DNA of 47,596 bases, taken from positions 1 to 47,596 of the forward strand of contig JAZDJU010000032.1 in the NCBI GenBank assembly GCA_043803685.1, written 5' to 3'. The stretch comes from Candidatus Omnitrophota bacterium (GTDB taxonomy: Bacteria; Omnitrophota; Omnitrophia; Omnitrophales; Aquincolibacteriaceae). The position numbers and the translations under genes are program-made. The notes under the pieces are model-generated. The model made no database searches and was not told where the DNA came from. It worked only from the letters and a program-made list of their open reading frames with translations. Of this stretch, positions 38,784 to 47,436 are shown piece after piece. Within the stretch, counting starts at the first letter, position 1. The number at the start of each line of letters is the position of its first letter.

Positions 38784-39776
38784 GTGGGATTTCTGGGAAG
38801 AAAAAAAAACGCGGATGGCTCTTCGTCAACGCTTTCGGAAACCGAGATCCGGAAAAAGCTTTACGGGGAATTTTTAGAAAGATCCTCGAATGTCGTGGCG
38901 GGGGATCGGGACCCGTTCAGGATCCCCGTTCCTTCTTCCAAAGAGGTTCCTTCGGAAAAGGAAGCCGCTTTGGACCTTTTTGCCGCGCAGAATGATGTTT
39001 TGTCCGGAGTGAGCGCTGCCCCTCGAAGGCTTCCGGTGACGAAGTCGACCGACTCTTCGTTCCGTCCGATCTCGTTTCAAAATCCCGAAAAAAAAGAAAA
39101 CGCATCTGTTCCCGCATTGCCCGCTTTGGAATCCAGCGCCCGTTTTCGCGCGGATCATTCCCATGAAAACAGGGGGGCATCGTTTCTGGAGCTTGCCAAG
39201 GGCATTCTTGAAAGGGTGGGAGAGTTATTGGGTTCTTTCATGGCTCCAGAACAAGTGGTGCTCCGTCGTTTTTTTTATTGGGGCGCTGCGCTCCTCGTTG
39301 TTTTTTTTCTGTTTTGGGGTGTGAACGCTCTGAATTCTCAGCGCGAAGATGCGATGCGCGTTCGGTACAAGATCCCCGGTGGAACAGCTTCCGAGAAGAC
39401 TCCGGTGGCAGTTGCCTCCGTGAAGCCTCCCGTGGCACAATCTGCCGCTGTGGCGCCAGTTTCGACACAAACATCGACGTCGCGCGCGACGTCAGGGCGC
39501 ATCGTAAGTGCGACTCCCGCGAATTCCACTTACGTGGTTCAGGTGGTGACCTATGCGGCTAAGCAGGATGCCGAGCAGGTGTTGAAGACTTTCAGACGGG
39601 CCGGACTTCGTGCTTTTGTGAAGGAAGATACTAGGCCGAGCGGAAGGCTTTTCTACCAGGTGCTTCTTGGAGGATTCAAGACCGAAGCCGAGGCCAAGGC
39701 GTATCTTGTGAAATTCCAGAGCAAAGATGCGTCGCGTCCGTTTCAAAACGCCTATGTGAGATTGAGCCGGTCATGA
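38784..39776 (+). CDS. SPOR-domain membrane protein (cytoplasmic N-region, TM, linker, SPOR)
   Basis: TM YWGAALLVVFFLFW; C-terminal YVVQVVTY...YQVLLGGF...FQNAYVR. GTG after GGGAG (alternative ATG 38754). Confidence 0.8.
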   Translation: MGFLGRKKNADGSSSTLSETEIRKKLYGEFLERSSNVVAGDRDPFRIPVPSSKEVPSEKEAALDLFAAQNDVLSGVSAAPRRLPVTKSTDSSFRPISFQNPEKKENASVPALPALESSARFRADHSHENRGASFLELAKGILERVGELLGSFMAPEQVVLRRFFYWGAALLVVFFLFWGVNALNSQREDAMRVRYKIPGGTASEKTPVAVASVKPPVAQSAAVAPVSTQTSTSRATSGRIVSATPANSTYVVQVVTYAAKQDAEQVLKTFRRAGLRAFVKEDTRPSGRLFYQVLLGGFKTEAEAKAYLVKFQSKDASRPFQNAYVRLSRS

Positions 39777-40141
39777 ATTCTCTTTGGGACGGTTTTAACA
39801 AAAGAAAATTTCCGAGACTTCATCTGACCTGCGAGGTGGCGATCCAGCCGACGGGGAATCAAAAGTCCCTTACCGTGACGACGGAAGATGTCGGGATGGG
39901 CGGGGTCTCGGTCATGCTCCCAGAGCCGCTGCAACGTTTTGACCGTTGTAAGATCAGCCTTGAGCTCAAGGACGGTGAGCCGCCTATCCAGTGCACGGGC
40001 CGCAGTGTCTGGGTGATCCCGAGCCAGGATCGAAAATCTTCCAAAAAGAATTTTGATACAGGGTTTGAATTCCTCGATCTCGACGAATCCTCCCGCAAGC
40101 GTTTAAGAGCTTTTATCACTCCTCCCACCCAAAAATCCTGA
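39773..40141 (+). CDS. Stand-alone PilZ-domain protein
   Basis: RKFPR (RxxxR), DVGMGG, GRSVW, TGFEF. Confidence 0.85.
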   Translation: MNSLWDGFNKRKFPRLHLTCEVAIQPTGNQKSLTVTTEDVGMGGVSVMLPEPLQRFDRCKISLELKDGEPPIQCTGRSVWVIPSQDRKSSKKNFDTGFEFLDLDESSRKRLRAFITPPTQKS

Positions 40142-40154
40142 CGGGGTTTTAGCC

Positions 40155-40658
40155 ATGGCCCAGTTACCCTCATTTGATATCGTCTCTCAGATCGATCTTC
40201 AAGAGATCGATAATGCCGTGAATCAGGCGAAAAAGGAGCTCCTCACCCGTTTTGATTTCAAGGGGAGTCAGAGTTCTCTGGAATTCCGCAAAGATGAGAA
40301 AGAAAAAACGATCCGTCTTATTGCGGATGATGATATGAAATTGCGGAACCTTCAGGATATTCTCAAAATGAGAATTTCCAGCCGGAAGATCTCTCAGAAA
40401 GCCCTTGATTTTAAAACGCCGGAGAAGGCCTTTGATGGTTGCCTCCGTCAGGAAGTGACCCTGATGCAGGGGATCCCTCAGGAGAAGGCCAAGGAGCTCG
40501 TGAAGATCATTAAAGACCTTCCAGTCAAGGTTCAGGCCGCTATTCAGGGAGACGAGATCCGGGTCTCCTCAAAGAATAAAGATGATCTTCAGGCCGTGAT
40601 CCAGCATCTTCGCTCGGCCCCTTTGACCCTGCCTATCCAATTCGTGAATTTTCGATAA
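40155..40658 (+). CDS. yajQ: YajQ-family nucleotide/c-di-GMP-binding protein
   Basis: PSFDIVS, RFDFKG, VQAAIQGDEIRVS, DDLQAVI, QFVNFR. Confidence 0.95.
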   Translation: MAQLPSFDIVSQIDLQEIDNAVNQAKKELLTRFDFKGSQSSLEFRKDEKEKTIRLIADDDMKLRNLQDILKMRISSRKISQKALDFKTPEKAFDGCLRQEVTLMQGIPQEKAKELVKIIKDLPVKVQAAIQGDEIRVSSKNKDDLQAVIQHLRSAPLTLPIQFVNFR

Positions 40659-40913
40659 CTTCTTTAGTTTCAGCGAGTTATCTCTCTCTCATGGGACTCT
40701 GTTGAGACTCAGATCGCCGAGATCACCAGGTTGATAATTTCCCTCGAAAATGTTGTTCCGTGCCCTTGCTTAATCCAAACTCATGTGTTAAGTTTTTGGC
40801 CAGGTGGTTGTGTTTTTAATTCAATTAAACTCATGAAGAAGTCGATACTTAATTGACGGAAAATCAGGCTTTTTCCGGTAATTTCGATAGTGAGCTAAGT
40901 AAAGGAGGAAGCG

Positions 40914-41303
40914 ATGGATAAAGACAAGCGTAAGTTCAAGCGCTTTGATGCATACATGAGCGTGAAGTTTACCGGGACGGAGGCGACGAGCATCAAGGGC
41001 GTCGGCCTTAGCCGGGACCTTTGCCGCGAGGGGTTAAAGATCAATTCCGATAAGTCGCTTCAGGAAGGGATCTCGTTAGATCTGGAGATTGCGATCCCGG
41101 ATGATCCCAAACCGATTTTTAGCTCGGGTCTCGTTATGTGGTCGAGGCCTTCCGAGGGCACGGACCAGGGGTTTGACCAAGGGGTTCGGTTGATGAATAT
41201 GGACCCGGTTGATAAATTTCGCGTGTTGGATTATGCCTATAACCATTGGCTTGAGACCAAGGTTAGCGACTATGCCGATCCGGAAGGTGTTCAGGAGTGG
41301 TAG
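40914..41303 (+). CDS. Stand-alone PilZ-domain protein
   Basis: RKFKR, DLCREG, GLVMW, QGVRL; AAGGAGG RBS. Confidence 0.85.
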   Translation: MDKDKRKFKRFDAYMSVKFTGTEATSIKGVGLSRDLCREGLKINSDKSLQEGISLDLEIAIPDDPKPIFSSGLVMWSRPSEGTDQGFDQGVRLMNMDPVDKFRVLDYAYNHWLETKVSDYADPEGVQEW

Positions 41304-41518
41304 TGCTGGATTAATAGGCTGTTTTGTTTTTTTGTTGCGCGTTGGTGTCATTTCTAGATGTTTCTTCAGTACCCATATTTCTCTCTTCAGTCTTTTTCCG
41401 TCCTAAGGAGTTTTTGGTGGTTCTTTCTCCTGTTTTCAAAGCGAAAGGGTCGGGTCGTGTCCGGAACGATACGCGCGAGGCTTGTAATGGGAACGGTATC
41501 TTCTGCCGATAACCTCAC

Positions 41519-43546
41519 ATGGTGAATTTATTCTCCTTTTGGAAAAAGAACAAGCCTGAGGTCAAAGAGGGGTATCTGACGGAACCCATCTCCCTTTTTT
41601 CATCGTTGGCTCCGGAAGAACAGGCCCTGATCGAACAGCATTCTCGTCTGGTCGGGTTTAAACGCGGAGATATTGTTTACGAAGAGGGCACAGTTCCGGA
41701 CGCCTTCTACATTATAATCTCCGGCCGGTTTCGTCTCTTTACGCGTCCCCGGGGCCCAGAAAAGGAGTCCACGCTTCTTTTCTTCTACCGCGGGGAACAT
41801 TTCGGTGAAACATCCCTTCTGACCGGCAATGTCCACAGCGCCTCCGTCGAGGCTAAAACCGACGCCGTAGCACTCAAGATCAGCGCCGAAAGTTTTCAGA
41901 AACTCCTCAAGGATATCCCGGCCCTGGCGCTTCATTTGAGTCGCTCACTCGGACGCCATCTGACCCGTGAAGACCTGGGGTACAGTCATCACCGGCGTGA
42001 GGTTCGGATCGCGGCTTTTTACTTTGCCGCTTCCACCGAAGGCATGGCGTGTTTCCTCTCGGATTTCATCAAGACATTGAAGAGTGAGACCCAGAGCAAG
42101 GTCTTGCTCTTGGATCTTTCGGGAAAATTGAAGAATCTCCTTCCCGCTGAATTTCGGCGGGGGGATACTTCAGGGTTCGATCTGAAGACGATGGACCCAT
42201 CCCAGGAGTCTTCGGTCCAGAAAGCTATTTTGAGCCATGAAACCAGTTTTGATTTTCTGCCGTTTGTGCCCAATGCGGCTTTGGACGAAGATGAGAAAAA
42301 ATTCACGGCGTTATTGACCTATTTGACCTATCGTTACGACTATCTCGTGATCTGTCTTCCGGACCGTAACACGCCCGTCGCTATTAAGGCGCTTAATTAT
42401 TCTGATCGCGTCTATCTTTGGGCCGAAAAAAGAACGGACGTTTTTACTTTTGCCTCCCAGAAAGTGGAGGAACTCTGCCAGGATTTCGGATTCAGCAAGA
42501 ACGAGATCAAGATCATCATGCCCTCTCAAGGGGGGAAGGCCTTTCAAGGGGAAGGGGCCGCTACCGAGATGCAGCTCTTTTCCATGCTTCCGTCCTTGCA
42601 GTACCATCGCTATCAGTATGAAAAGACGATCACTTTTATGGCCAAGGAGTGGTCCGAAAGGCTCGTGGGGCTGGTTTTGGGCAGTGGCGCCGCTTATGGT
42701 CTTTCCCACATCGGTGTGCTTCGGGTCCTGGAGGAGGAAAAGATCCCTGTGGATGTGATCGCGGGCTCCAGTATCGGCGCGTTGATCGGCACTCTTTGGG
42801 CCGCGGGGTACGACTCGCACGAGATCGAAAAGATCGTCAAGTCCGTCGACAAGAACAACATCTTCTTCAAACTCTTGGGCTTTCGGGATATCTCCGCGAT
42901 CCATCGTGGATTTTTTAAAGGAAATCAGATCTCGCAATTCCTGACCGCGTACCTCAAGGACATGACGTTCCTGGATCTCAAGGTTCCGGTGAAAATGGTG
43001 GCGACGGACCTTCTCACCTCCGAAGAAGTGGTGCTGGATTCCGGGAACGTTATCAACGCGATCCGGGCATCGATCTCGATCCCGGGTTTTCTGCGCCCTT
43101 ATCCTTATAAAGGGAGCTATCTGATCGATGGCGGGGTCGTGGATCCTCTTCCGGTGAAGATCCTTTCCAACATGGGCGTTCGCAAGATCATCGCGGTCAA
43201 TGTTCTTCCGGCCCCCAAGGACCTGATCGAGCGCAACGAGCTGCGGCGCAAGGCATTTCATCAAAAGTTTCAGAGCCGGGGTTATTGGCAGAGGATCGTC
43301 ATGAAGACCCTCGATCGCGTCCAGCGGCGCTACACGGCCAATATCTTTAACGTCATGATGAACTCTATCCAGTTCACCGAATTCGAGATCGCGCGCATGG
43401 CGGGGAGCGAAGCGGATGTTTTTATCCATGCTTGCGTCCCCGACGCGCACTGGATCGAGTTCTTTTCCGCTCAAAAGTTCATTGATGAAGGCGTGAAGAA
43501 GACCCGTGAACAACTGACGGAGATACGCCAACTTCTGCTAGAATAA
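41519..43546 (+). CDS. cNMP-binding + degenerate P-loop + patatin (NTE/RssA-like) phospholipase
   Basis: cNMP domain (YIIISG, GEHFGE) and intact patatin motifs GSGAAYG, GSSIG and DGG. Confidence 0.9.
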   Translation: MVNLFSFWKKNKPEVKEGYLTEPISLFSSLAPEEQALIEQHSRLVGFKRGDIVYEEGTVPDAFYIIISGRFRLFTRPRGPEKESTLLFFYRGEHFGETSLLTGNVHSASVEAKTDAVALKISAESFQKLLKDIPALALHLSRSLGRHLTREDLGYSHHRREVRIAAFYFAASTEGMACFLSDFIKTLKSETQSKVLLLDLSGKLKNLLPAEFRRGDTSGFDLKTMDPSQESSVQKAILSHETSFDFLPFVPNAALDEDEKKFTALLTYLTYRYDYLVICLPDRNTPVAIKALNYSDRVYLWAEKRTDVFTFASQKVEELCQDFGFSKNEIKIIMPSQGGKAFQGEGAATEMQLFSMLPSLQYHRYQYEKTITFMAKEWSERLVGLVLGSGAAYGLSHIGVLRVLEEEKIPVDVIAGSSIGALIGTLWAAGYDSHEIEKIVKSVDKNNIFFKLLGFRDISAIHRGFFKGNQISQFLTAYLKDMTFLDLKVPVKMVATDLLTSEEVVLDSGNVINAIRASISIPGFLRPYPYKGSYLIDGGVVDPLPVKILSNMGVRKIIAVNVLPAPKDLIERNELRRKAFHQKFQSRGYWQRIVMKTLDRVQRRYTANIFNVMMNSIQFTEFEIARMAGSEADVFIHACVPDAHWIEFFSAQKFIDEGVKKTREQLTEIRQLLLE

Positions 43547-43693
43547 CCTAGTCGAAGTAACCCGGCGATTGCGGGAATAGACCCAGAACAGTTCTCAAGA
43601 AAAAACAGATTCTCTCGATAATATGTTGAGCTATAATAGCGTGCCCAAAACGTAATGGACGGATACAGGGTTTTGCAACAATGAAAGGGCATT

Positions 43694-44362
43694 ATGCGTA
43701 AGTTGAGTTATGGTCTTGCCTTGCTGTGTTTACTTCATCTCGGGGCTTCCACTCCCCAGAATTCTGTAAAGGCCAAGCCTTTATCTACGGCTTCTAAAAG
43801 CACCAAGGCCCAGCAGTCGTTGTCTGCGGTGGCGACCCCGCAAGGTTTTGGGGATGGGATCGTTCAATTCCTTGGACGCAAGACCGGCAAGGAACTGATG
43901 GGAGAAAAAGCCGCAAAGGCGCCCCTCAAGGGCATTACCTCCCAAACATCCTCTGTCAAAAAGTCTCTGGAACGAACCGTGGCTTCAACGAACTTGAAAC
44001 CGGGCTATGTACCGCCTCCGCCTCGACCGCGGGCAACGGTCCCTCAGATCCGTCAAGAGATCCAGGATATATTAAATCTGAACAAAAAGATCAAGAGTTT
44101 GCAAAGTGGACGTTCCGCGCAGCTTCAGCGCATTCAGGAGCAGGCGCGTATTCATCAAAAGATCCTGAATGATCTGGAGGCTACTCAGAAGCAATCCGGT
44201 TCGGAAAAAGCTTTCTCGAAGAACGCCCTTTTAGCGCAGGAAAAACTTCGCATTATCCATGAAGAGACCCAGCGCAATACCCAGGCCATCAATAATTTGA
44301 AGGAAATGCCCGCCAAGACAGTCACGAAGAACGCTGAAAGCTTGAAGACCGTCGCTTCTTGA
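43694..44362 (+). CDS. Hypothetical exported protein (signal peptide, low-complexity linker, coiled coil)
   Basis: MRKLSYGLALLCLLHLGA, PPPPRPR, and a Q/K/I-rich heptad region. Confidence 0.7.
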   Translation: MRKLSYGLALLCLLHLGASTPQNSVKAKPLSTASKSTKAQQSLSAVATPQGFGDGIVQFLGRKTGKELMGEKAAKAPLKGITSQTSSVKKSLERTVASTNLKPGYVPPPPRPRATVPQIRQEIQDILNLNKKIKSLQSGRSAQLQRIQEQARIHQKILNDLEATQKQSGSEKAFSKNALLAQEKLRIIHEETQRNTQAINNLKEMPAKTVTKNAESLKTVAS

Positions 44363-44372
44363 GGGCAGGCCC

Positions 44373-46220
44373 ATGGCCCAGAAGCATTCCCGATTTCCCC
44401 CCGATAGCGTTGAAGAGAACGGCAATCTGATCCAGGTTTTTCAGAACCGCGCCAGTGTATTCAAATCCAAGAAAGCTCTTTTCTATAAGGTCCAAGGCGA
44501 TTTTACCGGAAGCTACAGCTGGCATCACTGGATGAAGATCGTCCGGGAGACAGCCATGGCGCTTCATCTGCTAGGCATCCGCAAGGGCGATCATGTGGGG
44601 ATCCTTTCGGAAAATCGCCCGGAGTGGACTTTTGCTGATCTCGCGATCCTGAGCCTTGGGGGAGTGACCGTACCGATCTATCCCACGGCGTCCCTGGAGG
44701 ATATCCGCTACATCATCGATCATGCCGATCTGAAGATGATCTTTGTTTCCACAGAGGAGCAATACCGCAAGATCGAAGGCTTCCGATCCAAGTTCATTCC
44801 CGCGGGGATCATTCTCTTCACTCCTGGAGAGTCCGGAGAACTCCAGGATCTGAAAACCTTCCGTGAAATGGGGCGCGATTATGCTTTGGAGCATCCCGAT
44901 CTCTATGACTGGTGCGTCAAGAATGTCGGGCCGGATGATCTTGCGACTATCATTTACACTTCAGGGACGACCGGCGCGCCCAAGGGCGTGATGTTGACGC
45001 ACCGGAACTTCATTGCCAATTATCAAGGAGCTTTTCAGCGCATCCAGATCGATGAGCGTGATTCGGTCTTGTCCTTTCTTCCTCTGAGCCACGTTTTCGA
45101 ACATCTGGCAGGCTATTATTATCAGGCCGCTTACGGGGTCTCGATCGCCTATGCCGAAAGCTTTGCGACCGTTGCGGAAGATATTAAAAAAGTAAAGCCG
45201 ACCCTTGTGGTGGCCGTGCCCCGGTTCTATGAAAAAACCTACGCGCGGATCCTGGAAGAAGTTCAGGCCGCGCCTTCCTGGAAACAGCGGCTCTTCCATT
45301 GGGCGGTCCGGATCGGGACGAGGGCCGCACAGCTCAGGATGCGCGGACAGTCTGTTCCCGTTCGTCTTGCTCTTTATAACTGGATAGCGCAACGATCTGT
45401 TTTTGACAAGCTTCGAAGGGCCATGGGCGGCAGGCTCCGGTTTTTCATCTCAGGCGGCGCGCCGCTTTCAAGAGAGCTGGCGCAGTTCTTTTATGCCGCA
45501 GGGATCATGATCCTTGAGGGGTACGGATTGACTGAGACAGCGCCCGTGATCGCCGTCAATGCCCTGGATGATTTCAAATTCGGGACCGTCGGAAAGCCGA
45601 TCCCCGGGATCCGTGTGAAGATCGCCGAAGACGGCGAGATCCTGACCCAGGGGCCCTGTTTGATGAAGGGCTACTACAATGACCCTCACGCGACCCATGA
45701 ATGCATCAAGGACGGCTGGCTTCACACGGGGGACATCGGACATTTCGATGATGAAGGTTTTCTTCATATCACGGACCGTAAGAAGGATATTATCGTTACC
45801 GCCGGGGGGAAGAATGTTTCGCCACAGAATATCGAGGGCCGCATTCTTGCGGATCCCTTTTTCCTTCAAGCTATTGTGTTGGGCGATAAACGGCCCTACC
45901 TCTGCGCGCTGCTTGTGCCGCATAAACAGGAAATGCTCCATTTTGCGGAACAGCGCCGCATCAGCGATCTTCCTTACGAAAAGCTTTTGGAGGATGCGGG
46001 TGTTCAGGCCTGGGTCGGAGAGAAGCTTCAGAAGTGTATGGGAGGTTTGGCGGGATATGAGACCGTACGGGCTTTTATCCTTCTGCCGCATGAGTTCACG
46101 CTTGTGGCTGGAGAGATGACGCCCACCTTGAAGATCAAACGCCGTGTGGTGATGAAGGAATACCAGAAGGCGATCGATGAGCTTTATCGGAACACCGATC
46201 ACGAGAGGGGAAAACGGTAA
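44373..46220 (+). CDS. fadD: Long-chain fatty acid--CoA ligase (AMP-binding)
   Basis: IIYTSGTTGAPKGV, LPLSHVFE, EGYGLTE, TGDIG, DRKKD, TPTLK. Confidence 0.92.
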   Translation: MAQKHSRFPPDSVEENGNLIQVFQNRASVFKSKKALFYKVQGDFTGSYSWHHWMKIVRETAMALHLLGIRKGDHVGILSENRPEWTFADLAILSLGGVTVPIYPTASLEDIRYIIDHADLKMIFVSTEEQYRKIEGFRSKFIPAGIILFTPGESGELQDLKTFREMGRDYALEHPDLYDWCVKNVGPDDLATIIYTSGTTGAPKGVMLTHRNFIANYQGAFQRIQIDERDSVLSFLPLSHVFEHLAGYYYQAAYGVSIAYAESFATVAEDIKKVKPTLVVAVPRFYEKTYARILEEVQAAPSWKQRLFHWAVRIGTRAAQLRMRGQSVPVRLALYNWIAQRSVFDKLRRAMGGRLRFFISGGAPLSRELAQFFYAAGIMILEGYGLTETAPVIAVNALDDFKFGTVGKPIPGIRVKIAEDGEILTQGPCLMKGYYNDPHATHECIKDGWLHTGDIGHFDDEGFLHITDRKKDIIVTAGGKNVSPQNIEGRILADPFFLQAIVLGDKRPYLCALLVPHKQEMLHFAEQRRISDLPYEKLLEDAGVQAWVGEKLQKCMGGLAGYETVRAFILLPHEFTLVAGEMTPTLKIKRRVVMKEYQKAIDELYRNTDHERGKR

Positions 46221-46317
46221 TCGATGGTCTCAGGTCTAGCCTGAGGGGGTGTTCTTTTTTCGTTTTATTCATGTTCCGTTAACATAGTACCAAGATCCAA
46301 AACGAGGAATAAGTTTC

Positions 46318-47202
46318 ATGCCGTATCCGAGTGCGAGCGCAGATCCCGGCCGCGAAGCGTTGAAGCCGCCGGTGGGGTGGATCCAGGAACATTTTAAAGG
46401 ACAGGATGGGAAAAATATCTTCTACCGTTTCTATCCCGTCTCCGGAGCGCGTCATACGGTCATCATGCTCCACGGCTACGGGGAGCACTCGGGCCGTTAC
46501 GAGAAGTTCCCGGCGAAAATGGGCCGTCTCTCAGCTCAGTTCGCCGTGATGGATTTCCGGGGGATGGGGCGGTCCGAAGGTCCCCGGGGAGACGTTGCTT
46601 CCTTTGAGGATTATTTAAACGATGTCACGGCTTTTATCGAACATCTCCGCCGGAAGCATTCGATCCCTTCGAAATTCATTCTGTTCGGTCACAGCCTTGG
46701 AGGGTTGGTGGCCGCGCACTGGTCGATGAAGCATCCGGCCCCGGTCAAGCTTTTGATCCTTTCCGCGCCTTTCATGGGGCTCCGGTTTTCATCGTTGATC
46801 GTTCCCTTAAACCGGTTGGTGCATTCCTTTTCGGCGGGTTTTGTTTACAAGAACCCGGTCCGGTCGCGTTCGCTGAGCCATGAGCCGCGCGAGATCGCCG
46901 TTTATCGGAAAGATTCGCTGATCCTTCGCCATATCTCCGCGCGGTTGGTCGATGAGATCGCGCGTCGCACAGAGATGCTACGGAAGCTCCCGATCCTGTC
47001 GGTGCCGTTCCCTGTGCATTTGCTTGTGGCGGGGGATGAGCGCATCGTCGATCCTGATCGAACGAGGAAATTCTTTGAACGGCTGGTAGCCCCACGCAAA
47101 GAGCGGACGGTCTTTGAAGGCTTTTTTCACGAGATATTCAATGAACAGGACCAGCAGCGAGCCTTCAATGTTTTGAAGACAATTATCGAAGATTGTGTAT
47201 AA
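46318..47202 (+). CDS. Alpha/beta hydrolase, lysophospholipase/monoacylglycerol lipase type
   Basis: HGYGEHSGRY, DFRGMGRS, GHSLGG, DERIV, HEIFNE. Confidence 0.9.
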   Translation: MPYPSASADPGREALKPPVGWIQEHFKGQDGKNIFYRFYPVSGARHTVIMLHGYGEHSGRYEKFPAKMGRLSAQFAVMDFRGMGRSEGPRGDVASFEDYLNDVTAFIEHLRRKHSIPSKFILFGHSLGGLVAAHWSMKHPAPVKLLILSAPFMGLRFSSLIVPLNRLVHSFSAGFVYKNPVRSRSLSHEPREIAVYRKDSLILRHISARLVDEIARRTEMLRKLPILSVPFPVHLLVAGDERIVDPDRTRKFFERLVAPRKERTVFEGFFHEIFNEQDQQRAFNVLKTIIEDCV

Positions 47203-47241
47203 TACCGCCCTGTTGTTCAGCATTTTTCTGCCCTTTAACAA

Positions 47242-47314
47242 GGGCCTGTAGCTCAGCTGGTAGAGCGCTGCATTCGCATTGCAGAGGCCAGGAGTTCGAC
47301 TCTCCTCAGGTCCA
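47242..47314 (+). tRNA. tRNA-Ala(CGC), CCA not encoded
   Basis: Acceptor GGGCCTG/CAGGTCC with G3:U70, D-stem GCTC/GAGC, anticodon arm CTGCA-TTCGCAT-TGCAG, T-arm AGGAG-TTCGACT-CTCCT, discriminator A. TATAAT upstream at 47198. Confidence 0.97.
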
Positions 47315-47394
47315 TTTCTCTTTCAAGAAATTTAAGGTTAAATGGGCCAGTCCTGCCGACCATTTAGAAATGAATGAAAGGCAAGGGCAGGTCC

Positions 47395-47433
47395 AAAATA
47401 TCCCGGTAGCTTTTGCTATCGGGATATTTTTTT
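47395..47433 (+). terminator. Intrinsic terminator (possibly bidirectional)
   Basis: AAAATATCCCGGTAGC-TTTT-GCTATCGGGATATTTT followed by more T. Confidence 0.85.
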
Positions 47434-47436
47434 ATT

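Noticed and set aside
40138..40147. CTGACGGGGT resembling the MITE right end
   Set aside because: No matching left end or target duplication.
40659..40913. c-di-GMP riboswitch upstream of the second PilZ gene
   Set aside because: No recognisable class I or II aptamer pattern. Only an AAACTCATG direct repeat and AT-rich promoter-like sequence were seen; an Infernal scan would settle it.
42311..43531. 406-aa minus-strand ORF (also 20107-21135, 27803-28654, 34555-35556 and similar)
   Set aside because: These are antisense shadows of well-supported + strand genes, with no motifs, and are expected from the codon bias.
41519..43546. Patatin as a CBASS/CapV-type defence effector
   Set aside because: No cyclase or other defence genes are nearby, and the architecture and neighbours fit a housekeeping NTE/RssA-like lipase.
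46229..46260. Terminator after fadD (CTCAGG/CCTGAG)
   Set aside because: The stem is only 6 bp and is separated from the T-run, too weak to call.
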